Assembly: GCA_963730185.1 (NCBI GenBank)
Contig: CAVSQW010000014.1
Coordinates: forward strand, 160,001 to 224,000
DNA length: 64,000 nt
Origin: an uncultured Gemmatimonadales bacterium
GTDB taxonomy: Bacteria; Gemmatimonadota; Gemmatimonadetes; Gemmatimonadales; GWC2-71-9
Direction of reading: 5' to 3'
Shown here piece by piece: positions 9,141-18,490 of this stretch; within the stretch, counting starts at the first letter, position 1; each line of letters begins with the position of its first letter. The position numbers and the translations under genes are program-made. Under the pieces are notes generated by a model. That model was not told the origin of the DNA, did not search any database, and was given only the letters and a program-made list of their open reading frames with translations.

Positions 9141-10215
9141 CCGTGATCGACGACGTCACCGACGCGTCCACCGCCGGCGACACCAGCAGGCTCCCGTCAT
9201 CCAGGTTCCAGAGCGACACCAGATCCAGCCCCACCAGCGGGTGCACCTGCCAGGTACCCTGGAACGCCGCCTCGTCCCGGCCGAGCACCTGGAGCTCCCG
9301 CCGCACGGCCGGCAGCGACACCGCCACCGGGGCGAGCCGTGACGGGCTGGCCGCGCCGAGTCCGTCCCGCTGATACTCCGCCACCAGATAGAGATCGCGG
9401 CCCAGGGCCGTGACCCGCCGGTCGACCCCCACGGCCGCCCGCACCGCTGTCCCGCCCCCGTCCCGGTGCCGCATCTCCGCCTCGGCCCGGATCGCCGAGC
9501 CCAGGACCGTGCGGGTGACGCCGACCGCCGCGGCCGCCTGGTCGTGGAGCGCCCCGGTCCAGGCCGACACCTCCCAGCCTCGCCAGGTGGTCTTGGCCCG
9601 GACCAGCGCCGTGTGCGACGTCCCGCCGGGCACGTCGGCCGGGCGGACCACCAGGTCCACCACCGAGAACGGTCCCGGGAACCACTGGACCCGGAACGCG
9701 TCGACGCCGGTCCGGTATTCGCGGAACGGGTCGGACGGATCCAGTGGCACGAAAGGATCGGCCGGCGTCAGGAAGAGCGTGGTGGCCCAGGCGATGGCCT
9801 GGCGGCCCGCGGTGACGGTCACGGCGCCGTGGGTCCACGCCACGCTCAACCGGTCGAAGCGGTGGCGCCAGGTGGTTCGGGCGCCGTTCTCAATGGTGCC
9901 GTCGAGCGGAAGCCAGTCACCGGCAGAGCCACCGGAAGAGAGGAGTCCGGGAGCCGAGAGCACGGCGTCCCGGCTCCGCCAGTCGAAGGTGTGCTCATAG
10001 GCGAGGTCGATCGTAAAGTTGCCTAACGATGGCTGGAGCATCAGCCGGAGCCGCTGAGCGTCGAGCGCGCCGCCGGGGATGCCGCCTTTCCGGGCGTTGG
10101 CGAGGGCGACGTTCTGGTAGTAGCCGCCGAGCGACCCGGTCTGGCCCCGGGCGACGGCCGGTCGCACCAGAAGGCCGGCGGCCACCGCCGCCAAGGCCAG
10201 CAGACGGCGGGGCAT
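9028..10215 (-). CDS. Putative outer-membrane beta-barrel protein
   Basis: Signal peptide, GRQAIAW motif, amphipathic strands, terminal Phe; last gene of the ABC operon. Confidence 0.7.
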   Translation of the reverse strand: MPRRLLALAAVAAGLLVRPAVARGQTGSLGGYYQNVALANARKGGIPGGALDAQRLRLMLQPSLGNFTIDLAYEHTFDWRSRDAVLSAPGLLSSGGSAGDWLPLDGTIENGARTTWRHRFDRLSVAWTHGAVTVTAGRQAIAWATTLFLTPADPFVPLDPSDPFREYRTGVDAFRVQWFPGPFSVVDLVVRPADVPGGTSHTALVRAKTTWRGWEVSAWTGALHDQAAAAVGVTRTVLGSAIRAEAEMRHRDGGGTAVRAAVGVDRRVTALGRDLYLVAEYQRDGLGAASPSRLAPVAVSLPAVRRELQVLGRDEAAFQGTWQVHPLVGLDLVSLWNLDDGSLLVSPAVDASVTSSITVRLGAFVGAGRGTTLAGPGSEYGSLPVLGYAAVSAFF

Positions 10216-10923
10216 CTAGCCGACCCGTTGGTCGGTCTCGATCCGGCCGTCGACCAGGTGGATCAGCCGCCGGGCCCGCTCCATGACCCGGGGGTCGTGA
10301 GTGGAGAAGACGAAGGTGGTGCCCTCGTCGCGGTTGAGCTGCTCCATGACGTCGAGCAGCGCTTCGCTGGTGACCGAGTCGAGATTGGCGGTGGGCTCGT
10401 CGGCCAGGACCAGCGCCGGATGGCCCACCACCGCCCGCGCCACCGCCACCCGTTGCTGCTGGCCGCCCGAGAGCTTGGACGGCCGCCGGTCTTCCAGGCC
10501 GGCCATGCCGATCCGGTCGAACACCTCGTGCACCCGCCGCTTCCGCTCCTCCGCCCCTACGCCCCGGAGCAGCAACGTGAACTCCGCGTTCTCCTCGGCG
10601 GACAGCACCGGGAGGAGGTTGTAGGCCTGGAAGACGAAGCCCACCTGCTCGAGCCGGAGCCGGGCCAGGGCGCGGTCGCTCAGCTGGGCGAGCGCATGGC
10701 CGGCCACGGTGACCTCGCCGCGGGTGGGCCGGGTCAGGCCGCCCAGCAGGTTGAGGAGCGTGGTCTTGCCGGAGCCGGAGGGGCCGGCCAGGGCGACGAA
10801 CTCGCCCGGCTCGATGGCCAGCGAAACGCCGCGGACGGCTTCGACCGGCGCGGGCTCCTGCTGGTAGATCTTCCAGAGGTCGCGGGTGGCGACGGCGGCT
10901 TGGGGCGGAGCGGAGACGGTCAT
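10216..10923 (-). CDS. ABC transporter ATP-binding protein (LolD/MacB-like)
   Basis: GPSGSGKT, LSGGQQQR, LADEPTANLD, STHD; ATGA overlap with permease stop. Confidence 0.95.
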   Translation of the reverse strand: MTVSAPPQAAVATRDLWKIYQQEPAPVEAVRGVSLAIEPGEFVALAGPSGSGKTTLLNLLGGLTRPTRGEVTVAGHALAQLSDRALARLRLEQVGFVFQAYNLLPVLSAEENAEFTLLLRGVGAEERKRRVHEVFDRIGMAGLEDRRPSKLSGGQQQRVAVARAVVGHPALVLADEPTANLDSVTSEALLDVMEQLNRDEGTTFVFSTHDPRVMERARRLIHLVDGRIETDQRVG

Positions 10924-12176
10924 TGGTCGATCTGCAAGGCGGTGGCGACGTCGACGCGCGAGGCCTGCCACATAGGGTAGAGGGACGAGAGGACGCCGAG
11001 CGCCAGGACGACGGCCACGCCCTGCCAGGCGCGGGCGAGCCGCGCGGCCGGGTGGACGATCGGGCTCACGATGGCGCCGGAGACGGTCATCTGGTCGCCG
11101 AGCGCGCCGGAGAGATCGATGCCGGTGTGGGCGAGGATGGCCGAGACGCCGAAGCCCAGGGCGAGCCCCAGCCCCCCGCTCACCACGGCCAGCAGCACGC
11201 CCTCGGCCAGCACCACCAGCGCCGTCCCGCGGGACGTCAGGCCCATGGCCCGGAGCAGGCCGAACTCGCGGCCCCGGTGCAGGACGGATACCAGCAGGGC
11301 CTCGAGCACCGCGAGCGCGACCAGGCTGAGGAGCACGGCGTTGAAGAGGTAGTTGCCGAGATCGTCGACCCGGACGGCGGCGTCGAGCTCGGGGCTGGTC
11401 TGGCGCCAGGTGAGGGCCGCCAGCGACGGCGGCAGCGACTCCCGAAGCCGCCCCGCGACCGCCTCGGCCCGGCGCCCGTCGTGGAGCACGATCGCGTACG
11501 AGGTCGCGGCCCCGGGCACGCCGAGCCAGCGGCCCGCGGTGGCGAGGGGCAGGTCGACGAGCCCTTCGTCGACCTCGCGGATCCCGGTCGAGAAGACGCC
11601 CACCACCCGGACCAGCTGCTCGGCCACCTCGCCGGTGCCCTGGGCGGTGAGCACCAGCCGGGAGCCGAGGTCGAGCTGGAGCCGGTCGGCCAGGCCCTTG
11701 CCGACGACCGCGCCGAGCCGGTCGTCGGGGGTCAGGAAGCGGCCCTTCACCAGCTTCGAAGGGAGCAGGGAGAGCGTGGTCTCCTCCGTGGGATCCACCC
11801 CGACCGCCTGGACCGGCACCGCCGAAGCGGCCGAGCTGGCCAGGGCGCTCACGGAAAGACGGGGGGCCGCGGCGGCGATCCAACCGGTCGGCGCGAGCGA
11901 CGCCACCGCCCGGCGGGCCAGGTCCACGTCGGCCGAGTCGAGCCGGTCTTCCAGGAGGCCGCTGGTGTGGAACCGGGGACGCTCGATGGCGACGTGCCCG
12001 TCGCCGAGCCGGACGCCGGCGTCGATCCACTGGGCGTGCATCCCGTCGCCCAGCGCCAGGAAGAAGATCAGCACCCCGACGCCGACCGCCATGGCCGCCA
12101 CGATCAGCAGGCTCCGGCGGGTTTGCCGGACCACGTTGCGCCCGGCCAGCACAGGATGATGGCGGTCGCGGATCAT
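10920..12176 (-). CDS. ABC permease (FtsX/LolE-like)
   Basis: RNVVRQTRRS N-terminus, periplasmic domain, REFGLLRAMG motif. Confidence 0.88.
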   Translation of the reverse strand: MIRDRHHPVLAGRNVVRQTRRSLLIVAAMAVGVGVLIFFLALGDGMHAQWIDAGVRLGDGHVAIERPRFHTSGLLEDRLDSADVDLARRAVASLAPTGWIAAAAPRLSVSALASSAASAVPVQAVGVDPTEETTLSLLPSKLVKGRFLTPDDRLGAVVGKGLADRLQLDLGSRLVLTAQGTGEVAEQLVRVVGVFSTGIREVDEGLVDLPLATAGRWLGVPGAATSYAIVLHDGRRAEAVAGRLRESLPPSLAALTWRQTSPELDAAVRVDDLGNYLFNAVLLSLVALAVLEALLVSVLHRGREFGLLRAMGLTSRGTALVVLAEGVLLAVVSGGLGLALGFGVSAILAHTGIDLSGALGDQMTVSGAIVSPIVHPAARLARAWQGVAVVLALGVLSSLYPMWQASRVDVATALQIDQ

Positions 12177-12215
12177 TGCGGGGCCCGCCGGCGACGGGAT
12201 GGCCGAGGTCCGCGA

Positions 12216-13479
12216 TCATTGGCGGCCGTCCGAGCGTCTCGGCCGGGGCGATCCGGCTGGTGCGGAAGGCCGGATAGAGCGCGGCCAGCACGGCGGTGAC
12301 CAGGAGCGCGGCCGCGACGGCCAGCGAGGTGTCGAGCGAGGGGTCGGCCTGGAGGACCGGCCGGACCAGGGCGCCGGAGACGGTGAAGTTGCCCACCAGG
12401 GCGCTCGCGTCGGGCGGGGCCACGTGCCACCAGTAGAGGAGCGGCGCGGAGATCAGGGCGCCGGCCAGGAGCGAGAAGGTGCCGAGCAGCAGCCCCTCGT
12501 AGACCACCGACCGGGCCAGCGCTCCCCGCGACACGCCCAGCGCGCCCTCCACCGCGAACTCGCGCCGCCGCTCGAAGGTGGCCATCAGGAGCGTGTTGGT
12601 GACCCCGAAGATGGCCATCAGGAACACGATGGCGACCAGCATCCCGTTGGTGGAGCGGGCCAGGGTCGCGAACGAGGCCAGCTCGGGGCGGAAGACGTTC
12701 CAGGGCTCCACCGCCGCGTGGAGCGGGGCCAGCTCGGGGCGCCGGGTCAGGGAGTCGGCCAGGGCGGCGGCCGCCCACGGATCGTGGAGCGACAGGGCGA
12801 CCTCGTGGATCCGGTCCGGCGGCAGCGCCAGGAGCGTCTGCAGCGCGCCGATCGGCATCACCGCGAGCCCGCCGTCCAGCTCGGCCAGCCCGGTGTGGTA
12901 GACCCCGCTCACCCGGTAGAGGTCGTTCCCGAGCGAGCCGTCGGCGGCGGGAGCTACGACCACCAGCTCGCTTCCGGTCTTGGCGTGGAGCCGGCGGGCG
13001 GTTTCGCTTCCGATCAACACGTCGTGGCTGCCGGCCGAGGGCACCTCGGCGGCCGGCACCCCGGCGAGGATCCGGCTCACGCCGCGCTCGCGGCTCGGAT
13101 CGACGCCCATCAGGAGCCCGGCGATGGTGTAGTCGCCCACGCTCAGGAGGCCGCCGCCGTACACCCGGGGCGCCGCGGCCTCGACCCCGGGCTCGGCCGA
13201 GACGGCGTCGAGCAGCCGGGAGACGTCGGTGCCCTCCTGCCCGCCGATCGTCGACCACGTGTGCCGGGCCGGGAGGTAGTCTTGGGCGTGGATCTGCACC
13301 TGGCCCGAGACGGCGGCGGTGCCGGTGATCACCATCTGCCGGGTCATGCCGTCGGCCACCGCCACCATGGTCACCGCCGCACCGAACCCGAAGGCCAGCG
13401 CGCCGCCGGCCAGGAGGGTGCGGCGCGGGTTCCGCCAGAGGTTCCGGGCGGCGATCCGCCACCAGAGCCGGTCGGACAC
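12216..13479 (-). CDS. ABC permease (FtsX/LolE-like), 3' end disrupted
   Basis: RNLWRNPRRT, ERRREFAV..ALG; natural stop lost at a garbled junction near 12140-12225. Confidence 0.82.
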
Positions 13480-14256
13480 CTAACGGCTCCGGCGGAGGTT
13501 GCGGAGTGAGAAGAAGTCGGGCTTCAACCCGAGGTCGAAGGCCAGATCGTGGTACTCGATGACGGTGTGCTCGTCGGGCTTGTCGGTCGGCTCGACCGTG
13601 AGCCGGGCCGGGACCGTGCGCCCGCCCATCTTCCGGTAGTCGCCGAAGCTCATGGTCCGGACCAGGCGGCCGGCGTCGTCGTAGTAGCGCGAGCGGACCG
13701 GCAGCGTGTCGGCCTGGCGGACCTCCATCAGGATCTTGCCCCAGACTACCGGCGCCTCGGGGCGGGGCGTCAGGGTGAACTCCCAGATCTTGGCCCCCTC
13801 GCGCTCGCCCTCGAAGCTGGTGGCAATGTCGTAGTCCTTCACCAGCCGCGATTCCTTCACCAGGTCGTCGTTGGTGAAGTGCGAGCCCATCCAGGCGCCC
13901 TGCATCAGCGAGGCGGGGATCTTGATGGTGCGGTCGACCCGGGGGAGATAGTTCCAGACGTCGTTGTCGACCTTGAGCGTGGCGGTGCCGGCTTCCCGCG
14001 CCGGCGCGTCCACCCGGACCAGGGCGTACTCGGTGCCCAGCGACCACATGGCGAGGTCCAGCGAGCGGGACCACTGCCGGGTCACGATCTTCATGGTCAT
14101 TGTGCCGCGGCTCGACTGGCCCCGGAGCAGCCGGTCGACATGGTCGACCACGGCCTTGGGGTCCTGGGCGCGGGCGGCCCCGGGGGTCGCGGCGAGGAGC
14201 AGGGCGGCCGCGCCTAACGACGCCGGCAGGAAGGACAGGGGTGTGGCGGTCCTCAC
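13480..14256 (-). CDS. Outer membrane lipoprotein-sorting protein (LolA-like)
   Basis: Signal peptide; WNYLP, WMGSHFTNDD, FFSLRNL motifs; GTGA overlap with the TetR stop. Confidence 0.85.
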   Translation of the reverse strand: MRTATPLSFLPASLGAAALLLAATPGAARAQDPKAVVDHVDRLLRGQSSRGTMTMKIVTRQWSRSLDLAMWSLGTEYALVRVDAPAREAGTATLKVDNDVWNYLPRVDRTIKIPASLMQGAWMGSHFTNDDLVKESRLVKDYDIATSFEGEREGAKIWEFTLTPRPEAPVVWGKILMEVRQADTLPVRSRYYDDAGRLVRTMSFGDYRKMGGRTVPARLTVEPTDKPDEHTVIEYHDLAFDLGLKPDFFSLRNLRRSR

Positions 14257-14882
14257 GAGGGGCGCTCCGGGTCCAGCATGCGGTGAAAGAGGTCGAGCTC
14301 GGCCGCCACCAAGGTGTTGCGCTCCTTGGGGGTGAGCTCGGTCCAATGGGTGAAGAGCCAGCGGTCGCCCGCCTCGCCCACGGCCAGGACCATCTCGACC
14401 AGGTACTCGAGCGGGAGGTCGGTGCGGACCACGCCCAGCTCCCGCCCGCGGGCGAGGGCGGCCGAGGTCCAGTGGCCGATCCAGTCGAAGACCTTCTTAG
14501 TGGAGCGGGAGCCGCTCCGGTCGCGGAGCCGGAGGAAGGCCCGGGCCAGCCGGACGAACCAGTCGTGCCGCTCCATGAAGTCGACCGACCGGCGGATGGT
14601 GCCCTCGAACGAGGGCCAGAACGTCTCGGCCGTGAGGTCCTCGATCTTGAAGCCGCCGGCCAGGCCCACCAGGCGGACCGTGGCCTTCTCGATCACGGTC
14701 GCGAAGAGGTCGCTCTTGTCGTCGAAGTAGTAGTAGAGCGACCCCTTGCTCATCCCGGCTTTGTCGATGATCCGGTTGAGGGAGGCGCCGTCGTACCCGT
14801 GGTCGGAGAACTCGTCGGCGGCGGCCTCGAACAGCTTCTCCTGTTTGTCGGGATCGAGGTTGTCGAGTCGGTCGCGCGCCAT
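14253..14882 (-). CDS. TetR/AcrR family regulator
   Basis: GYDGASLNRIIDKAGMSKGSLYYYFDDK HTH. Confidence 0.93.
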   Translation of the reverse strand: MARDRLDNLDPDKQEKLFEAAADEFSDHGYDGASLNRIIDKAGMSKGSLYYYFDDKSDLFATVIEKATVRLVGLAGGFKIEDLTAETFWPSFEGTIRRSVDFMERHDWFVRLARAFLRLRDRSGSRSTKKVFDWIGHWTSAALARGRELGVVRTDLPLEYLVEMVLAVGEAGDRWLFTHWTELTPKERNTLVAAELDLFHRMLDPERPS

Positions 14883-14924
14883 GGGGAACGGGTCGGAGCT
14901 CCGCGGGAAACGAGCACAGACGAT

Positions 14925-14983
14925 GTAGACCGTCAGTGCAGACTATGTGGTCTATACTTATGGTATAGACGGAACGTTGTCAA
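14925..14983 (-). promoter_or_regulatory. Promoter and operator of the TetR-ABC operon
   Basis: Minus strand perfect -35 TTGACA (14978-14983); inverted repeat GTCTATAC-N5-GTATAGAC (14950-14970); TAGACC/GGTCTA half-sites. Confidence 0.7.
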
Positions 14984-15100
14984 GCCAGGCCCCCCAGATC
15001 CGAGGGCCGCCGCTTCCGCCGAGATGGGCGGATGGGCCGGGCCGCCATCACTCCGTGTGGTCGACCACGACCCAGGTGAGCGCCGAGCAGCGGCGGTAGA

Positions 15101-15122
15101 CTATACCAACTAGTCGGTATAG
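15101..15122. promoter_or_regulatory. Palindromic TetR operator
   Basis: CTATACCAACTAGTCGGTATAG, near-perfect 22-bp palindrome 9 bp before ATG 15132. Confidence 0.8.
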
Positions 15123-15131
15123 ACTCAAGAC

Positions 15132-15713
15132 ATGGTGACCACGGCGCGGAAAAAGCTGATGGAGGCCGCGGAGGCCGAGATGCTGACCAAGGGTTACTCC
15201 GGCACGACGGTGGACGAGATCTGTGAACGTGCCGCGGTGAGCAAGGGAAGCTTTTACCACTTCTTCTCCTCCAAGGAGGATCTCGGCCTGGCGGTGCTCG
15301 ATGCGTTCTACGAGCGCAACCGCGAGGTCGTGTCCCGGGTCCCCGCCGCCGCCGGCGATCCGCGCAGCCGCGCGCTCGCACTCGCCGATCATCTCATCGC
15401 CTCGGCCGGCACGATGTGGGGAGGTGGCTGCCTCCTCGGCACGTTCGCGCTCGAGCTCGCGGAAACGAATCCCACGGTCGCCGCTGCGGTGTCGAACAAG
15501 TTTCGAACGCTCACCGCGGCGCTCGCTCAGGGCTTCGCTCCGCTTGCCCGGGCCGGCGACGATCCGACGCAGATTGCCGAGGGGTTCATCGTCACGGTGG
15601 AGGGGGCGCTGGTGCTGGCACGCGCGCACGGTGATTGGAGCTATGTAGACCGGGCGTTGCAGCGGTTTCGCCGCTCGGTGGGGGCATCGCCGAGGGGGGG
15701 CGAAGTAGGGTGA
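15132..15713 (+). CDS. TetR family regulator (NemR-like)
   Basis: GYSGTTVDEICERAAVSKGSFYHFF HTH; GGCLLG motif. Confidence 0.92.
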   Translation: MVTTARKKLMEAAEAEMLTKGYSGTTVDEICERAAVSKGSFYHFFSSKEDLGLAVLDAFYERNREVVSRVPAAAGDPRSRALALADHLIASAGTMWGGGCLLGTFALELAETNPTVAAAVSNKFRTLTAALAQGFAPLARAGDDPTQIAEGFIVTVEGALVLARAHGDWSYVDRALQRFRRSVGASPRGGEVG

Positions 15714-15813
15714 CGTTGCAGGGCCGGTCCTCCGGCCCGCTGTCCGGGCTCGGGCGCGGGGTCGCTGGCTCGCTCACGAGGGAATGCAATTACTCGCGAA
15801 GCGGCCTTGCATC

Positions 15814-16278
15814 CTAGCTGGGAAAGTCTCGGGCGCGGATGCCGTCCGGTGCTCTACGGGCGCGGCGCAGTCGAGTCTCAGGGCGCTTGGCCTCGGCCAC
15901 GTACGACGCCCAGGCGCGGCGATGGGACGGCGGAAGCCCGTCATACAGAGCTGCCGCCTCGGGATCGTCCTCGAGCACGGCCCGGAGTTCATCGGGAACG
16001 GGTACCGGTGGAGGGGCCGCGTCCAATTCCAATGCTGCGTCGACGGTGTCTCCACGGTTGAGTCCTGCCTTTTCACGGAAGGCTCGCGGGATCGGCACCC
16101 GCAGGGCGCCCTCGCCTCTGGACGCGGTGCCGCGGAATGCGTAGCCAGATATGGTCCCTCGGACGGGCTTCTGGCCCGGCCCCCATCTCATCGCCAGATC
16201 CGGTGGGATGACGAGGAACGTCCACGCCGTATATGGGCGTTTTCTTCCGGACACGAGCGTCGCCTGAAACCGGTGCAT
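15814..16278 (-). CDS. DUF1905 / YdeI-OmpD-associated family protein
   Basis: PVRGTISG, VPDELRAVL, LPPSHRR, AEAKRPETRLRR. Confidence 0.85.
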   Translation of the reverse strand: MHRFQATLVSGRKRPYTAWTFLVIPPDLAMRWGPGQKPVRGTISGYAFRGTASRGEGALRVPIPRAFREKAGLNRGDTVDAALELDAAPPPVPVPDELRAVLEDDPEAAALYDGLPPSHRRAWASYVAEAKRPETRLRRARRAPDGIRARDFPS

Positions 16279-16346
16279 TCGTGGCCCCTTCGGTAACTCT
16301 GACGCCGTCCAACGATTCAACCTCGACTGGCGGGCGCCGCATCGGG

Positions 16347-16949
16347 CTACGATCGCCAGGCCGTGAACCACCTGACGACCGTCCAGCGCTGGCCGTCCGA
16401 ACCGAGGGCCAGGACGGCGTAGACGCCGTGGCCGCAGCGTGGACCACATCGCATGCTGACCGTTGTCGCGGCGCTCCGACCATCGAGGGCGACGTGGAAC
16501 GGTGACACGGTCACAAGGTACTGGGAGGGGAACCTGGCCCGGAAGGCTGCCCAGAAGCTGGCCGCTCCGGCGGCGGCGAACGATCGGCGAACGGTATCCG
16601 GCAGGAATGTCGCATTCTCGGGCACGTCCGCGGGTGTCCAGACACCAGACGTCGTGTCCGCCACCCTCAACGCCGCCGCGAGGCCCTGGGGCAACGAATC
16701 CAAGGCATCTCCGCCGCACGGTATCTCGCGAAAGCGGGCCGCTTCCTCGGTTCCGCAGGTCGGTCCCTTCAGTGAGGCGAGGGGGAGTGGCGCAGTCACG
16801 GCGGCCCGTTCGGCGAGGAGGACACCGTGCCCTGGGTGGAGGTCCAGCACACGTTGAGCAATCGCCTGGAGCAATCTGCGGGCGGGGACCGGCGGCGTCG
16901 GGGGGGCACCCGCTTGTAGTGTGGTCCAGGCAAATAGCAGGGTCAGCAT
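16347..16949 (-). CDS. Hypothetical secreted protein
   Basis: RBS GAGG, signal-like N-terminus, CGPRCGHG motif and terminal W. Confidence 0.6.
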   Translation of the reverse strand: MLTLLFAWTTLQAGAPPTPPVPARRLLQAIAQRVLDLHPGHGVLLAERAAVTAPLPLASLKGPTCGTEEAARFREIPCGGDALDSLPQGLAAALRVADTTSGVWTPADVPENATFLPDTVRRSFAAAGAASFWAAFRARFPSQYLVTVSPFHVALDGRSAATTVSMRCGPRCGHGVYAVLALGSDGQRWTVVRWFTAWRS

Positions 16950-16969
16950 GCATCGACCTCGGTGATGCG

Positions 16970-17156
16970 CCCTAACGACGTATTCCTGAGCTGCGAGGCC
17001 GCGACGCCCAGGCGCCGCTGCCGCCCAAGGACCAATATGGAGCGGCGGCGCCCGCGGCGCTACAGAGTGGCAAGAGGAGAGGCGCGAGGGCTGATCGCGA
17101 TCACCCGCGTTGCGGCGGGTCGCGCCGCGCGGTCGGGCCTTATCCCCGGGTTAGCC
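16970..17156 (-). mobile_element. Long or fused attC-like site
   Basis: Minus strand GGCTAAC ... internal GGGCGCCGCCG/CAGCGGCGCC stem ... GCAGCTCAGGAATACGTC-GTTAGGG. Confidence 0.55.
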
Positions 17157-17177
17157 TGCCATGCTGCCCGGCAGCCC

Positions 17178-17618
17178 CTATTCGTTGCGGAGCTGAAAGA
17201 AGGCAAGGACATACCCGTCAGCATCGATGACCTCGAAGCCCCATAGCCCCTGGTCGATGAACGACAACTCCTTCACGAAGGACACGCCCCGCTCCTTGAA
17301 CTCGTGGAAGAGGGTGTCGGGGTCCAAGGTGTAGATGGCTGCGTCCCAACGAGCCCACTCGTGTCGGGTGCGGTTTGGGCTCGGAAGGACGTCGGGGAGG
17401 ATCGCCTTGAGCATGATGCCGATGCCGTCGCGGCTCACCCTGCCGTAGTACGGACCTCCTTCCGGGCCTTGGAAGTCGAGTTGGAAGCCCATCCGCTCGA
17501 GGTAGTAGGAGACCGAGGCAGGGAGGTCTTTCACGATGAAGCACGGACTGATCGATGCGAGGTTGCGAGCCGTCGCTTCCGAGTCTGGCCGTTGTGGGCC
17601 GGAGTGCGTGGAGCCCAT
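17178..17618 (-). CDS. VOC/glyoxalase/bleomycin-resistance family protein
   Basis: ISPCFIVKDL..SVSYY, GLWGFEVIDADGYVLAF. Confidence 0.88.
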   Translation of the reverse strand: MGSTHSGPQRPDSEATARNLASISPCFIVKDLPASVSYYLERMGFQLDFQGPEGGPYYGRVSRDGIGIMLKAILPDVLPSPNRTRHEWARWDAAIYTLDPDTLFHEFKERGVSFVKELSFIDQGLWGFEVIDADGYVLAFFQLRNE

Positions 17619-17689
17619 GTCGTTGTGCCCCCGATTTCAGTGCACGCGCGCCCGACTGCGGCGTGCGCTGGTTAGGCGCCGCCGCGCAG

Positions 17690-18169
17690 TCACCGCCCGA
17701 GTGCACTTCGGATCCGGGCCAGGTGGTGCCAACTGTGGCGGACGGCGTGATCCTCAAGTACGAACTGCGCCGTGACCGGAGCATCGAAGCTGAGGGAGAA
17801 GGGCGCGGCCCGATCCAACTCTTCGTCACTGAACGCGCGTACCGCCTCGGCGGCTCGTTTGCTGTTCCGTCGGAGGAGGTCGAGGGCCTCCGCCTTCGTG
17901 ACGCCGGCATGCTCCTGCGCGTGCTTGGCGTTCATCTCGGCGACGGCCTCCCAGGTGACGCCCGCGACGGCCTTCCCGGAGGCAATCGTTCGCGCCAGAT
18001 CAACCTCGATTGGGTAGACATTGGCGACGTGATGAACGATGACGCCAATGGTACGACCATCCCTGACGGTGGTGCGCCATTCGGTGTCGGATAACGGCTC
18101 GGCAAAGGCGGCTAGACCGGCAGCTCCCTGTTCGACGCGGTTGGCAAGTGCGTCAGCACGGCGACCCAT
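17690..18169 (-). CDS. DinB family protein
   Basis: VIVHHVA and HSWHHL metal His motifs; RBS GGAGG. Confidence 0.85.
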   Translation of the reverse strand: MGRRADALANRVEQGAAGLAAFAEPLSDTEWRTTVRDGRTIGVIVHHVANVYPIEVDLARTIASGKAVAGVTWEAVAEMNAKHAQEHAGVTKAEALDLLRRNSKRAAEAVRAFSDEELDRAAPFSLSFDAPVTAQFVLEDHAVRHSWHHLARIRSALGR

Positions 18170-18490
18170 AGGACACCTCCATCAGGTATTAGGCACGGCA
18201 GCAGGTGCACCAAAGCCAAGGTGGCCCTTCACGACCCGGTGTTCAGCGGCGCAGGTCGGGCTCGGCCGCGCAAGCAGCGGCACAGCTGGCCACGATGCTG
18301 CCCGCGAGGGCACGGCCTCAGGACCGGCGACTCCCCCGAAATGCAATGTACCGGGTTCGCGCGTCGAGGCAGACCCTCGCGAGAGGTCGCGGAACACGTC
18401 CTCGTCCGGGGAACCTGAGCTATGACGTGCGCCAAGGGCGAGGCGAGGTGCCAGCGTGGGGAGGGCAACATCCACGGATTGGGACCGCCT

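Noticed and set aside
10216..13479. 1087-aa permease-ATPase fusion ORF
   Set aside because: The middle third is an off-frame reading of permease 2 caused by the garbled junction at about 12.2 kb.
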